Positions 52,334-62,923 of a DNA stretch of 64,000 nucleotides are shown here, piece after piece; positions within the stretch are counted from its first letter, which is position 1; each line of letters begins with the position of its first letter. Where the stretch lies: assembly GCA_040905465.1 (NCBI GenBank), contig JBBDRK010000049.1, forward strand, positions 160,001-224,000, given 5' to 3'. Made by a program: the position numbers and the translations under genes. The DNA is from Trueperaceae bacterium. Lineage in GTDB: Bacteria; Deinococcota; Deinococci; Deinococcales; Trueperaceae. A model generated the notes under the pieces. It ran no database searches. It was not told where the DNA came from and worked only from the letters and a program-made list of their open reading frames with translations.

Positions 52334-53821
52334 TCAGAACCGCCGGCTCCACTCACTGGGCCAGCGCTCCACGACCACCTTCGTTTCGGTGTAGAACTCC
52401 ACGCCATGCCGGCCCTGGGCGTGCAGGTCGCCGAAGAAACTGTCGCCCCAGCCGCTGAACGGGAAGAACGCCATCGGCGCGGCCACGCCCAGGTTGATGC
52501 CGATGTTGCCGGCGCGAACCCGGTGGCGGAATGCGCGGGCGGCCGCGCCCGAGGCGGTGAACAGGCACGCCTGGTTACCGAACCTGCGTGCATTGACGAT
52601 CTCGATCGCCTTCTCGACGGAATCCGCATGCGTCATCGACAGCACCGGACCGAAGATCTCGGTGCCGGCGATCTCGCTGGCTGGGTCGACCTCCTCCAGA
52701 ATGGTGGGGTGCATGAAGTAACCGTTCTCGAACCCCTCCACCCGGCGCCGGCGTCCGTCGACCCGCAATTTGGCCCCCTCGCTCACGCCCTTGTCCACCA
52801 GTTGCGAAATCCGGTCGCGACTTTCGGCGCTGATCACCGGACCCATCTCCACGTCCTCCTCCAGCCCGTAGCCGACCCGGCGATCGGAGGCGATCTGGGC
52901 AATTCGCTCGCCCAGCTCCTCTCTGGCAGCGCCTACCGTGACAGCTACCGAAGTCGCCAGGCAGCGCTGGCCGGCGCATCCGAAGGCGCTGTCGGCCAAG
53001 ATCTTCGAGGTCATCTCCATGTCGGCGTCCGGCAGGATCACCGCCGGATTCTTCGCACCACCCTGGCACTGGGCACGCTTGCCGTTGGCCGTCGCCCGCG
53101 AGTAGATGTACTTCGCCACCGGAGTCGAGCCCACGAACGAGACGGCCCGCACGCCCTCGTGGTCGAGCAGCGCGTCCACCGTGGGCTTGCCGCCGTTCAC
53201 CAGCTGAACCACGCCGGCCGGGAAGCCCGCCTGCTCGATGAGCCGGAACATCAACTGGGTGGTCATCGGGACCTTTTCGCTCGGCTTCAGGATGAAGCAG
53301 TTGCCGGTGGCGACAGCGTAGGGAAGGAACCAGAGCGGGATCATCCCCGGGAAGTTGAACGGCGTGATCGCGGCGACCACGCCCAGCGGCTGGCGGAACA
53401 TATGCTCATCTATCCCGGAGGCGATGTCCTCGTTGTTGTACCCCTGCATGAGGATCGGCGCGCCACAGGCGACCTCGACGTTCTCGATGCCGCGCCTGAG
53501 CTCGCCGACGCTCTCCTTGTAGGTCTTGCCGCACTCGTCGGTGACGGTTCGCCCGAACTCGTCGAGATGATCGTCGAGCAGGGACTTGAGCCGAAACAGG
53601 TGCTGGATGCGGTCGACCACGGGAGTGTCGCGCCACCCCGGGAACGCCTCGACCGCCCTCTGCACGGCCTCGTCCACCTCGTTCGCGGCGCTCAGCGGCA
53701 CCCTGGCGATCACCTCACCCCTCGCGGGATTGTGAACCGGACCGTATTCGCCGGTCGCCGTGCGCTTCCAGGTTCCACCGATGTAGTTCAGCAGCTCGAC
53801 GCCGGTTGCAGTGCTATCCAT
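52334..53821 (-). CDS. iolA: CoA-acylating (methyl)malonate-semialdehyde dehydrogenase
   Basis: ITPFNFP, KPSE, FVGST, GGAKN, GCAGQRC, EIFGPV, FFGDLH. Confidence 0.93.
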   Translation of the reverse strand: MDSTATGVELLNYIGGTWKRTATGEYGPVHNPARGEVIARVPLSAANEVDEAVQRAVEAFPGWRDTPVVDRIQHLFRLKSLLDDHLDEFGRTVTDECGKTYKESVGELRRGIENVEVACGAPILMQGYNNEDIASGIDEHMFRQPLGVVAAITPFNFPGMIPLWFLPYAVATGNCFILKPSEKVPMTTQLMFRLIEQAGFPAGVVQLVNGGKPTVDALLDHEGVRAVSFVGSTPVAKYIYSRATANGKRAQCQGGAKNPAVILPDADMEMTSKILADSAFGCAGQRCLATSVAVTVGAAREELGERIAQIASDRRVGYGLEEDVEMGPVISAESRDRISQLVDKGVSEGAKLRVDGRRRRVEGFENGYFMHPTILEEVDPASEIAGTEIFGPVLSMTHADSVEKAIEIVNARRFGNQACLFTASGAAARAFRHRVRAGNIGINLGVAAPMAFFPFSGWGDSFFGDLHAQGRHGVEFYTETKVVVERWPSEWSRRF

Positions 53822-53890
53822 GAATTCTCCCTCTGGGCGCCGTCAGGCGCGCCCTCTTGCCTACAAGCTATTGCATGCCAGCGAGGTGAG

Positions 53891-54835
53891 CTACAGGCCG
53901 ATCGAGCTCAGGTACTCCCGGTTGCGCCGTGCGCTCTCCCTGGGACTGCCCATCCCCGGCAGAACGTCCTGCTCCACGGTGATCCAGCCGTCGTAGCCGA
54001 GACCACGGAGTTTCGCCAGCACCGCCTCGAAGTCCACGCTGCCGCGGCCCAACTCGCAGAAGACGCCCGCTCCGACCGCGCGCCGGTAATCCCAGCCCTC
54101 GACGCGCGCTCGCCCGGCCACCCGCGGATCGCAGTCCTTGAAGTGAACGTAGCTTATCCGCTCGCCGAAGGCGTCGATCGCTTCCAATACGGACCCGGCC
54201 TCGTCGGCGCCGGTGCCGTAGAGGAAGTGCCCGGTGTCGAACACGATGTCGAGCTCGCCGGGATCGGTGAGGTCGAGCAGCCGTTCGATCTCCGCCGGGG
54301 TCTCCACGAAACCGGCGCAGTGGGGGTGGAACACTGTGCGCAGGCCCGTCTCGCCCTGCACCGCCGCCGCGATCTCACCTGCCCCTCGCGCGAATGTGCG
54401 CCACTGGTCGTCGTCCAGCGACATCTCGGGGGTCACTCGGCCGGCGTTGTCGAATCGTTGCCGGTTGCGACCGTTGTCGTCGGCGAGAACCAGCAGCGGC
54501 TGCCAGTTCGTATCGCCCAGATCGGCGACCGCGGCAAGCAGGCGTGCGTTGCGAAGAAGCCGCGCCTTGCCGCCGGCATGTTCCTCCGGATCGACAAGCC
54601 TGACTCCCTCGAATCCGCCCAGCATGGTGAGTTGCCGCCGCCCCAGCTCTTCGCGCAACAGCTCCGCGTCGGTGGGCATGAAGCCGTAGTCGCCCAGCTC
54701 CGTGCCGTGATAACCGCACGCCACCAGCTCGTCGAGCATCCGCGAGTAGGAAACGCGCTCCCCCGCGCCTCCCTCGATGTTGTCCTCGATCGTGCCCCAC
54801 GAACAGGGCGCGTTGCCTACCCTGCGCGTCGTCAC
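53891..54835 (-). CDS. iolE: Myo-inosose-2 dehydratase-like (AP endonuclease 2 fold)
   Basis: GNAPCSWG, GTELG, FHPH, FDTGH, VHFKD, FCELG, VEQD; GTG start at 54835. Confidence 0.8.
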   Translation of the reverse strand: MTTRRVGNAPCSWGTIEDNIEGGAGERVSYSRMLDELVACGYHGTELGDYGFMPTDAELLREELGRRQLTMLGGFEGVRLVDPEEHAGGKARLLRNARLLAAVADLGDTNWQPLLVLADDNGRNRQRFDNAGRVTPEMSLDDDQWRTFARGAGEIAAAVQGETGLRTVFHPHCAGFVETPAEIERLLDLTDPGELDIVFDTGHFLYGTGADEAGSVLEAIDAFGERISYVHFKDCDPRVAGRARVEGWDYRRAVGAGVFCELGRGSVDFEAVLAKLRGLGYDGWITVEQDVLPGMGSPRESARRNREYLSSIGL

Positions 54836-55683
54836 CTTCCGGTTCCCTCCAGCGGAATACGCAGCCGTTCGGCGGCGCCCTCCCAGCTCCCGCGCACCCA
54901 GGCGAGCTGCGGCTCGTCGCGAGCGATCCACGACGGCGTCTCGCCGGCCAGGAAGTTCAGGTAGTAGCAGTCGTAGCCGGGAGCTGTCACTACCGGGTGG
55001 TATCCCTGGCGCACCAGGACGGTGTCCCCGTGCTGCGCCAACACCACCTCGTCGAGCGAGCGGTCGTCGTTGTAGAGCCGCTGCAGCGCCCAGCCGTCGT
55101 GCGGCTGCACCCGGTAGTGGTAGATCTCCTCGAGGTCGACCTCGTCGGGAGGCGCCTGGACGTCGTGCTTGTGCGGCGGGTAGGAGCTCCAGTTTCCCGA
55201 CGGCGTGTAGACCTCCACGCACAACAGGTGCTCGGCGGCACCCGGATCGAGGATGTGGCTGATCTGCCGAGTGGCGTTGTGGCCACCGCGGATCTCCACC
55301 TTCACGTCCTCGGGGCGGATGAGCCGCGGAGGGAGCAGGCCGTCGGCCGGGGCGCCGGCGAACGCTACCTCCATGTCGGAGTCCGCTCGGATCCGGTAGC
55401 TCTCGCCGGGCGGCAAATAGACGGCGAAGGGCAAACCGGCGAACACGTCGCGGCGGCCCTGGACGCTCCACGAGTTGCCGGCCGCCTCTACCGTGGCGTC
55501 GCCGGACATGAACACGAGGCACAACTCGCTCCCGCCGGTTTCGCCCTCGATCGTGGCGCCGGCGCGGTGGCGTTCTACCCGGAAATCGAGGCTGTGCCAG
55601 CCCGCCCTCTCGGGGGTAACGTGCACCAGCGACTTGCCTTCGGCCGCGGCCGCGATCTTGTGCTCGGTTCTGGTATCTGTCAT
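54832..55683 (-). CDS. iolB: 5-deoxy-glucuronate isomerase
   Basis: GRRDVF, EVYTPSGNWSSYPPHKHD, LEEIY, GYHPV, YYLN. Confidence 0.93.
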   Translation of the reverse strand: MTDTRTEHKIAAAAEGKSLVHVTPERAGWHSLDFRVERHRAGATIEGETGGSELCLVFMSGDATVEAAGNSWSVQGRRDVFAGLPFAVYLPPGESYRIRADSDMEVAFAGAPADGLLPPRLIRPEDVKVEIRGGHNATRQISHILDPGAAEHLLCVEVYTPSGNWSSYPPHKHDVQAPPDEVDLEEIYHYRVQPHDGWALQRLYNDDRSLDEVVLAQHGDTVLVRQGYHPVVTAPGYDCYYLNFLAGETPSWIARDEPQLAWVRGSWEGAAERLRIPLEGTGR

Positions 55684-55708
55684 CTGGGCTCCCCTCTTCG
55701 TTTCAACT

Positions 55709-56752
55709 CTAGTTGCCGGCGACGTCAACGTCCGCCACCCGGACGGGCTGGCCGCTCCGCAAGCTGCGGGTGGCGGCGACCGCTACCCGCAACGACTCGA
55801 CCGCGTCGCGGCTGCCCGGTTCGGGTCGGCGACCTTGGCGCACGGCGTCGACGAACGACTGCACTTCCAGGCGATAAGCGTCGCGGAAGCGCTCGATGAA
55901 GTAGTAGACGTAGTCACCGCGAATGCCGCCCTGGTCGTAACGCCACACGTTGGTGGCGCGCTCGGCCTCTGTTACCAGCTTTCCGCCCTGACAGTGCACC
56001 TCTACGCGCAGATCGTAGCCGAAGACGGTGCGACGGGTGTTCTGCAGCACTCCGATCGGGCCTGCCGCGGATTCCCCGGCGGAGCCCTCGGCAGCGAACT
56101 CCAGGGTCAGGACGCTGGTATCGATGTCGCCCAGCTCGCCCAGGTACGGCTCCACCAGCACCCGGCCCAGGGCGGTCACCCTCTCCACCTCGCCCACCAC
56201 GAAGCGTGCGGTGTCGATGTCGTGGATCACCGAATCGAGGAAGATACCGCCGGAGACGGCTGCGTACTCTCGCGGTGGCGGGCTGGGGTCGGAGGATTGG
56301 CTGCGAAACATCTCCACCCGGCCCAACTCGCCGGCGTGAACCGCTCGCGCCAGCTCTGCGTACCCGGGATCGAAGCGGCGGTTGAAGCCGATCTGAAAGG
56401 GCACTCCGGCACGCTCGACCGCGTCCATCGCCTCGACCGTCTCCGCCAGGTCCAGGGCTATCGGTTTCTCGCAGAAGATCGCCTTGCCGGCGGCCGCTGC
56501 CGCTTTCACCTGCTCGGCATGAAGCGATGTCGGCGAGGCGATCAGCACGGCGTCGATGGTGCCGTCGGCGAGTATGCGGTCGACGTCGCCGGTAGCGTAG
56601 GCGTTGCCGAAGCCGGCCCTCTCGGCGGCCTGGCGGTCGGCATCCATGACCGCGACCAGGTGGGCGCCGTCTATTGAACCGGCTATGTGCCGAGCGTGCA
56701 GGCCGCCTATGCGTCCCGCGCCGATCACCCCGAATCCCAGCGACGCCTTCAA
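55709..56752 (-). CDS. iolG: Inositol 2-dehydrogenase
   Basis: GAGRIG, CEKP, GFNRRFD, SGGIFLDSVIHDID, RFRDAY; TTGA overlap with iolD. Confidence 0.9.
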   Translation of the reverse strand: MKASLGFGVIGAGRIGGLHARHIAGSIDGAHLVAVMDADRQAAERAGFGNAYATGDVDRILADGTIDAVLIASPTSLHAEQVKAAAAAGKAIFCEKPIALDLAETVEAMDAVERAGVPFQIGFNRRFDPGYAELARAVHAGELGRVEMFRSQSSDPSPPPREYAAVSGGIFLDSVIHDIDTARFVVGEVERVTALGRVLVEPYLGELGDIDTSVLTLEFAAEGSAGESAAGPIGVLQNTRRTVFGYDLRVEVHCQGGKLVTEAERATNVWRYDQGGIRGDYVYYFIERFRDAYRLEVQSFVDAVRQGRRPEPGSRDAVESLRVAVAATRSLRSGQPVRVADVDVAGN

Positions 56753-58626
56753 GGCACCCTCTGCTTCCGGCGCTGCCGGTCGTAATCGCGCTTGGCCCGC
56801 TGCACGCTCTCCTGCGACGTAATCTCGGCGATCGGCACGTCCCACCAGCCTTCGAACGAGGGTATCCGCCTGTCGGGATCGACCGGCACCACGATCACCG
56901 TGACCGTGTCGGCGTCGCCGGCCTCGGCGAGCGCACGCCGCAAATCATGCTCGTTGTCCGCCGCCAGCGCCGTGGCACCCAGCGAGCGCGCATGGGCAAC
57001 GAAGTCGACGGGTACGTACTCGCCGTCGAGGCGGCCGCTCCCTGGATCGCGATAGCGCAGTTCATTGATGAACGAAGGCGTGCCGGAGGCCAACTGCAGC
57101 CGGTGGATCGATTGGAAGCCGCGGTTGTCCACGAGCACCACCGTGAATCGCAGACCCTCGGCCACTGCCGTTACAATCTCGCTGTTGAGCATCAGGTAGG
57201 TGCCGTCGCCGATGAACACCACGACCTCGCGCTCCGGCTCGGCCAGTTTGATCCCCAGGCCGGCCGGTATCTCGTAGCCCATGCAGGAGAAGCCGTACTC
57301 CAGGTGGTACGCCTTGGGGTCCTCCGGCCGCCACAGCTTCAGCAGGTCGCCCGGCATGCTGCCGGCGGCGCAGACAACCGAGGCGTGCCCACCGACGGCA
57401 TCGTTGACGATCCCCATCACCTCGCTTTGCGCCAGGCGCTGCGGGTCTCGGACGACCCGCAGGTCGTCCACCGCACGCCGCCACTCGCCGTTCAGCTCGG
57501 AGACCCGCTCGCGATACTCGGCCGCCGTGCCCTGATAGTCCGCCGCGGCCAGGAACTCGTGCAGCGCCTCCAGACCACGTCGGGCGTCGGCCACCAGCGC
57601 AACCGAACGCAGCTTGTGGGCGTCGGCAGGCGCGACGTTCAAAGAGACGAAGTGAACGGCGGGATCCTGGAAGGCGGTCTTGGATGCTGTCGCGAAATCA
57701 CCCAGCCGGGTTCCGACCGCAAGCACCAGATCTGCGCTGCTGGCCAACCTGTTGGCGGCCAGACCGCCGTTGGCGCCGACAGGGCCCGCGTTCATCGGGT
57801 GATCCCAGGCCAGCGCACCCTTTCCCGCTTGCGTCTCGCATACCGGTATGTCGTAGTCGGCGGCCAACGCGGCGAGCTCGGCGCCGGCCCCCGAGTAGAT
57901 GACGCCGCCACCAGCCACGATCAGCGGCCTACGCGACTGCTGCAACAGACGTGCGGCCCGGGCGAGAGGTTCGGGCTCGGGTACCGGCCGCCGCACTCGC
58001 CAGACGCGCCGTTCGAAGAACTCCGCCGGCCAGTCGTACGCCTCGGTCTGCACGTCCTCGGGCAGTGCCACCGTCACCGCTCCCGTTTCTACCGGATCCG
58101 TCAGTACGCGCATGGCCTCGGGGAGGGCGGAGAGAAGCTGATCGGGACGGCTGATTCGGGTGAAGAACCGCGACACCGGTCGGAAGGCGTCGTTGACGCT
58201 CACGTCGTGCTCGCTCGGGTGCTCGAGCTGCTGCAGAACCGGGTCCGGTATGCGGTTGGCGAAGTAGTCGGAGGGGAATAGCAAAACTGGCAACCGGTTG
58301 ATGGTTGCGCCCGCGGCGGCGGTGAGCATATTCGTCGAGCCGGGGCCGATCGAGGCGGTGCAGGCGAAGGTCGCCAGCCGGTCCTTGTGCTTGGCGAAGG
58401 CCGCGGCGGCATGGACCATACCCTGCTCGTTCTGCGGACGGTAGGTGGGCAAGCCGGCCTCGTGCCCCAGCTCCTGCAGGGCCTGGCCCAGGCCGGTCAC
58501 GTTGCCGTGGCCGAGGATCGCCCAGCAGCCGGGGATGAGCCGCTGCTCCACCCCGTCGCGTTCGCTGTACTGTGCCGCCAGGAAGCGAACAATCGCCTGC
58601 CCGACGGTAAGGCGTTCGGTAGTCAA
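56749..58626 (-). CDS. iolD: 3D-(3,5/4)-trihydroxycyclohexane-1,2-dione acylhydrolase
   Basis: GHGNV, NEQGM, SIGPG, DPVLQQLE, YHLEYGFSCMGYE, GDG, WWDVP; TTG start at 58626. Confidence 0.95.
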   Translation of the reverse strand: MTTERLTVGQAIVRFLAAQYSERDGVEQRLIPGCWAILGHGNVTGLGQALQELGHEAGLPTYRPQNEQGMVHAAAAFAKHKDRLATFACTASIGPGSTNMLTAAAGATINRLPVLLFPSDYFANRIPDPVLQQLEHPSEHDVSVNDAFRPVSRFFTRISRPDQLLSALPEAMRVLTDPVETGAVTVALPEDVQTEAYDWPAEFFERRVWRVRRPVPEPEPLARAARLLQQSRRPLIVAGGGVIYSGAGAELAALAADYDIPVCETQAGKGALAWDHPMNAGPVGANGGLAANRLASSADLVLAVGTRLGDFATASKTAFQDPAVHFVSLNVAPADAHKLRSVALVADARRGLEALHEFLAAADYQGTAAEYRERVSELNGEWRRAVDDLRVVRDPQRLAQSEVMGIVNDAVGGHASVVCAAGSMPGDLLKLWRPEDPKAYHLEYGFSCMGYEIPAGLGIKLAEPEREVVVFIGDGTYLMLNSEIVTAVAEGLRFTVVLVDNRGFQSIHRLQLASGTPSFINELRYRDPGSGRLDGEYVPVDFVAHARSLGATALAADNEHDLRRALAEAGDADTVTVIVVPVDPDRRIPSFEGWWDVPIAEITSQESVQRAKRDYDRQRRKQRVP

Positions 58627-59408
58627 GGTATCTCCTCCATCAGAGCGTGATTCGCTTCCGTCACCGCGGCGTAAAGTTCGAGCACCGCCGCGATGTCTTC
58701 GTGCGCCGACACGGCTTCGACCCGTGCCTGCAGGCGCTCGTCGCCGTTCGCCGGAGCCACCGCCACGCCGCACAACTCGAGCCAGGGCAGGTCGCCGACG
58801 CTGTCGCCAATGCCGGCAACCTCGCCGGTCGATACGCCGACCTCTTCCGCAAGCCACCGCAACCCCAGGCCCTTGTCGACCCCCGGCACCAGTATGTTCA
58901 CGCACTCGTGCGCCGGATCGATCAGCAGCTCCAGTCCGTGGCGCTCCAGGAGCTCCGCCACGGTCCGCTCGACGTCGGCGATACGCGCTGTTGGCTCAGC
59001 GGGAAACACCGTGAGCGAGGCGCTCTTTCCCGGCTGGACGGTCAACCCGGGCAGCCGCGCCAGTTCGGTCGCCAGCTTGGCGAGCGCCCCGCGGCCGCGC
59101 TCGACTTCCTGACGATAGCGCGCGTGGTAAGGCGAGCGCACCGCCAGGCCGGCACCATTTTCGAATATCGCCGGCACGGTGATGTCGAGCAGCTGCATTA
59201 GAGCGTCGACATAAGGGTGCGGCCGTCCGCTGAGGATGGTCAGGGGCGGCACCGCGCGCTCTATGCGGCTCCGCCGGTTGAGTTCCGCCAGTCGGGCAAG
59301 CGCCGCCAGGTCGTAACTGGCGTGCTCGACGGGCACGAGGCAACCATCGATATCGACGACAAGGAGCCGAATCGGTGCGCTCAGGCGCCCGGTATCGATG
59401 AGTGGCAT
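58623..59408 (-). CDS. HAD-superfamily phosphatase (Cof/IIB type)
   Basis: DIDGCL, SGR, ENG, DKG, GDSVGD; overlaps the iolD start. Confidence 0.88.
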   Translation of the reverse strand: MPLIDTGRLSAPIRLLVVDIDGCLVPVEHASYDLAALARLAELNRRSRIERAVPPLTILSGRPHPYVDALMQLLDITVPAIFENGAGLAVRSPYHARYRQEVERGRGALAKLATELARLPGLTVQPGKSASLTVFPAEPTARIADVERTVAELLERHGLELLIDPAHECVNILVPGVDKGLGLRWLAEEVGVSTGEVAGIGDSVGDLPWLELCGVAVAPANGDERLQARVEAVSAHEDIAAVLELYAAVTEANHALMEEIP

Positions 59409-59433
59409 GCGGCCGGATCGTTCCACCGGCAGG

Positions 59434-60630
59434 CTACTCGCCCTGCGCGGCCGGCAGCAGGTAGATGCCGGCGGGCCGGAAAACGACCCTGACCTCCTGG
59501 CCCCGGGCAAGCTCGGACCTCCCCTCACCAGTGACGCTGGCGTTCAGTTCACCCACCGCGGTCTCGAGCACCACGTCGGTAGCGAGTCCCAGGTAGCCGA
59601 CACTCTTCACCGTTGCTTCCAGTCCGTTCACCTTTGGAGCCGACTCGTGGGAACGCTCCGCCTGAGATCGCACCGCTTCGTGATCCGCCACGCCGCCGCC
59701 CGCGGCACCGTCAACGTCGGGGTCGGAAGTTGCGTCGGAAGTTGCGTCGGGCTCGTCCCCGTCCAGCACCACTCGCACCGCTTCGGGCCGCACCATCACG
59801 CTCACCTCGCCGGCGCTTACCGCCTGCGGATGTCTGAAGCTGTAATCGGCCACCCGCACGCTCTCGCCGTCGTAACTGCCGGGCAGGAAGCTGGCCGATC
59901 CGATGAAGTCGGCCACGAACCTGTTCACCGGCCGGGTGTAGAGCTCGAACGGCGAGCCCGTCTGCTGCACCTGCCCCTGATGCATGACCACGATCACGTC
60001 GCTTATGGCCAGCGCCTCCTCCTGGTCGTGAGTCACGTAGACGCTGGTGATTCCCAGCCGCTGCTGCAGGTCGCGGATGTCCTGGCGCACACGCCGCCGC
60101 AGCTTGGCGTCGAGGTTGGAGAGGGGCTCGTCGAACAGCAGCACGCGCGGCTGCATCACCAGCGCCCGGGCCAGCGCCACCCGTTGTTGCTGGCCGCCCG
60201 ACAACTCGGCTGAGCTGCGCCTCTCCAACCCCTGCATGCCCACCATCTCCAGCGCTTCGTCCACCCGCCGCGCCAGGTCGGCGCCGGACACGCGGGCCAC
60301 GCGCAGGCCGTAGGCCACGTTGTCGAACACGTTCATGTGCGGGAACAGCGCGTAACTCTGGAAGACCATGGTCACGTCGCGCAGGTTGGCGGGCAGGCGA
60401 GTGACGTCCTGGTCGTCGATCAGGATCCGGCCGGAGCTGGCTCGCTCGAGCCCCGCGATCATCCGCAGCGTGGTGGTCTTGCCGCAACCGGACGGCCCGA
60501 GCAGGGTCACGAGCGACCCCGGCTCGATCGCCAGGTCCAGCGCGTCGACCGCCACGACGTCGCCGCCGAAGCGCTTGGTCACCCCTTCGAGCCTGACCGG
60601 TGCCGGTTCGTTTGCCTGCGTCAGCGTCAC
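59434..60630 (-). CDS. ABC ATPase (AfuC/FbpC/PotA family)
   Basis: GPSGCGKT, FQSYALFPH, LSGGQ, DEPLSNLD, VTHDQEEA, TOBE domain with an acidic insert. Confidence 0.93.
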   Translation of the reverse strand: MTLTQANEPAPVRLEGVTKRFGGDVVAVDALDLAIEPGSLVTLLGPSGCGKTTTLRMIAGLERASSGRILIDDQDVTRLPANLRDVTMVFQSYALFPHMNVFDNVAYGLRVARVSGADLARRVDEALEMVGMQGLERRSSAELSGGQQQRVALARALVMQPRVLLFDEPLSNLDAKLRRRVRQDIRDLQQRLGITSVYVTHDQEEALAISDVIVVMHQGQVQQTGSPFELYTRPVNRFVADFIGSASFLPGSYDGESVRVADYSFRHPQAVSAGEVSVMVRPEAVRVVLDGDEPDATSDATSDPDVDGAAGGGVADHEAVRSQAERSHESAPKVNGLEATVKSVGYLGLATDVVLETAVGELNASVTGEGRSELARGQEVRVVFRPAGIYLLPAAQGE

Positions 60631-62843
60631 GGGACCACCTCTCCTGACCCCAACCCGCGCTTTCGCGTCAACAACATCAGTAGCAGAATGACGGTGAGCA
60701 TCGTCATGATCAATAGAGTACCCATTGCCGCGGCCCTGCCTATCTGACCCTGTTCGACCCAGCCGAGCAGGAGCACGGTGGTCAGCATGTTGCCCGGGCT
60801 CACCACGAATATCACCTGGCTGATGGCGGTCATCGCCCGCACGAAGGCGAAGATGAGGCCGGCGACCAGCGGAATTATCAGCAGCGGGATGAGCACCAGG
60901 CGCAGCGTCCGGCCGGTGCTCGCCCCCAAGGTGGTGGAGGCCTCTTCGAGGCTCGGGTCGATCTGGGCCAGTCCGGCAACGCCTCCGCGGATGGCAACCG
61001 GCATGTTCCGAAAAATGAACGCCAGGACGATGATTACCGCGCTCGACGTCAACAGCCAGGGCCCGGTGTTGAAGGCGAGGATGTAAGCCACCCCCATCAC
61101 CGTGCCGGGAGTCGCGAACGACAGCATGGAGCCGAACTCGAGGAAGCGCCGGCCCCAGAAGTTCTGACGCACTACCAGGTAGGCGATCAGGAATCCGAGC
61201 AGCGCTGCCGGCACCGCGCTGATAGCGGCGATGCGAGCGGTGTAGAGGAACACCGGTATGCCGGTGTTGGACAGGTCGCGCCAGTGCCTGAGGGTAAGGG
61301 TGCTATTGACGCCCCAGAGCTGCACGAACGAGCCGTAGACGATGGACGCGTAGAGGCCGATCACGGCGACAGCCCACAGGACGAAGCCGACCAGGAGCGT
61401 TACCTCGAGCGCCCGTGGCAATGGCGAGAAGCCTCCCAGCGACGGCTTGCCGGTAACCGTCACGAACGAGCTCTGGCCCAGCCAGCGGCTCTGGGCGTAG
61501 AACACCAGAAGGACGATGATCAGGAGGACCACGCCGTAGACCGCGGCCTCGCTCGGGTCGAAGCGCGCAGCGAAGGCGGAGAAGACCTCGGTGGCCAGGT
61601 AGTTGCGGTCCCCGCCGAGGATGAGCGGGTTGCCGAAGTCGGCGAACGATTCGATGGTGCTCAGCAGGAATGCGTTCGCCAGTCCGGGCCGCAGCAGCGG
61701 CCAGGTAATGGTCCGGAAGGTGTGCCAGCGGCTCGCCCCGAGCGTGACCGACGCCTCCTCCAGCGCGGCGTTGAGACCGGCAACCGACCCCTGGATGACC
61801 AGGTAGGCGATGGGGGTGAAAGCCAGTATCTGGGCCAGCGCGACGCCTGGGAGACCGAAAATCCAGCTGTTCGACATCCCGAGCATGTCGTGGGTCAACA
61901 GCCCGCGGCGGCCGAGGAGGAAGATCATCGCGAAGGCCAGGATGAACGGTGGCGTGATTATAGGGAGCAGGCTGATGGCGCTCATCGACCTGCGTACGAA
62001 GGCGATCCTGGTGCGCTGACCGAGCAGGGCGAAGGCGAGGCCCAGCACGGTGGAGACGGTGGCCGCGATTACGGCCAACAGCAAGCTGGTCGCGATTGCT
62101 CCGCGCCCGAAGAGCATCACGCCCACTACCAGGCCGGCGACTCCGCCACCTGACACCATCAGTAACGCTCGAGACAGGGCGGCCCGCCTGAACAGCGCCC
62201 AGGCCAGGAAGGCGGCGGCCCCGACCGGGATGCCCGACATCGCCAACGCGAACTCGCTCCGCTCGGTAAAGGGGTTCTCCAGGAACAGGAAGCGTGGGCC
62301 GCTGATCGTGGCCAGGATCTTCTCGAAGGTGAAGCGGCCGTCTATCACCACCGCCGTCTGCAGCACCGTGAACAGCGGATAGATGATCAGCAGCACGATC
62401 AGCAGGGCCACGAACAGGATGCTCGAGGCGATGAAAGGGTCGCCCTGGACGCGGCCGGACAGGCTCAACCCGTAGCCGCCGACGACCACCAGCGCGGCGA
62501 GAGTGAAGACCGCACCCAGACCGAAGGGCACGCCTGTCGCGATCAGCCAGCCGCTACCGGCTACGAACCCCGTGGTACCGGTCAGGATGAGGATGTTGCC
62601 GCGCCGGGTCGAATCCAGCGGCAGCAGGGCCGCGGCCAGCGCCACGACAGACATGAGCGGCACCAGCCATAACCAGGGGCCGTCGAGGTTCCACGGCCTG
62701 AAGGCCGGGTCGATGGTCAGGAATGCCCGTCCGGGACGGCCGAAAGGTAGAGCGAGGAAGAATACCAGCGATGAGAGCGCAAATATCCAGGCGGAACTGG
62801 TGGTCGCCAAGGAGCGTGACTGGATGATCGAGCGGACGGCCAA
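60627..62843 (-). CDS. ABC permease (AfuB/FbpB family) with extra N-terminal TM helices
   Basis: Two EAA loops (LEEASVTLGA, LEEASTTLGA), ITPPF, ADFGNP, PGTV. Confidence 0.9.
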   Translation of the reverse strand: MAVRSIIQSRSLATTSSAWIFALSSLVFFLALPFGRPGRAFLTIDPAFRPWNLDGPWLWLVPLMSVVALAAALLPLDSTRRGNILILTGTTGFVAGSGWLIATGVPFGLGAVFTLAALVVVGGYGLSLSGRVQGDPFIASSILFVALLIVLLIIYPLFTVLQTAVVIDGRFTFEKILATISGPRFLFLENPFTERSEFALAMSGIPVGAAAFLAWALFRRAALSRALLMVSGGGVAGLVVGVMLFGRGAIATSLLLAVIAATVSTVLGLAFALLGQRTRIAFVRRSMSAISLLPIITPPFILAFAMIFLLGRRGLLTHDMLGMSNSWIFGLPGVALAQILAFTPIAYLVIQGSVAGLNAALEEASVTLGASRWHTFRTITWPLLRPGLANAFLLSTIESFADFGNPLILGGDRNYLATEVFSAFAARFDPSEAAVYGVVLLIIVLLVFYAQSRWLGQSSFVTVTGKPSLGGFSPLPRALEVTLLVGFVLWAVAVIGLYASIVYGSFVQLWGVNSTLTLRHWRDLSNTGIPVFLYTARIAAISAVPAALLGFLIAYLVVRQNFWGRRFLEFGSMLSFATPGTVMGVAYILAFNTGPWLLTSSAVIIVLAFIFRNMPVAIRGGVAGLAQIDPSLEEASTTLGASTGRTLRLVLIPLLIIPLVAGLIFAFVRAMTAISQVIFVVSPGNMLTTVLLLGWVEQGQIGRAAAMGTLLIMTMLTVILLLMLLTRKRGLGSGEVVP

Positions 62844-62869
62844 AACAGACTCCTGGAGCGTGAAATAGG

Positions 62870-62916
62870 GCGTCCCGCCGCCGACCCCGGTTCAGCCCGG
62901 GTCGACGGCGGGACGC
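62870..62916 (-). terminator. Stem-loop between the binding-protein and permease genes
   Basis: GCGTCCCGCCG..CGACCC / GGGTCG..CGGCGGGACGC inverted repeat. Confidence 0.7.
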
Positions 62917-62923
62917 AGCAGGG

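Noticed and set aside
52271-54964. 897-aa plus-strand ORF
   Set aside because: Antisense shadow of iolA/iolE in high-GC DNA with no recognisable motifs. The same applies to 11836..13488, 27167..28672, 30326..32107 and 56674..58281.
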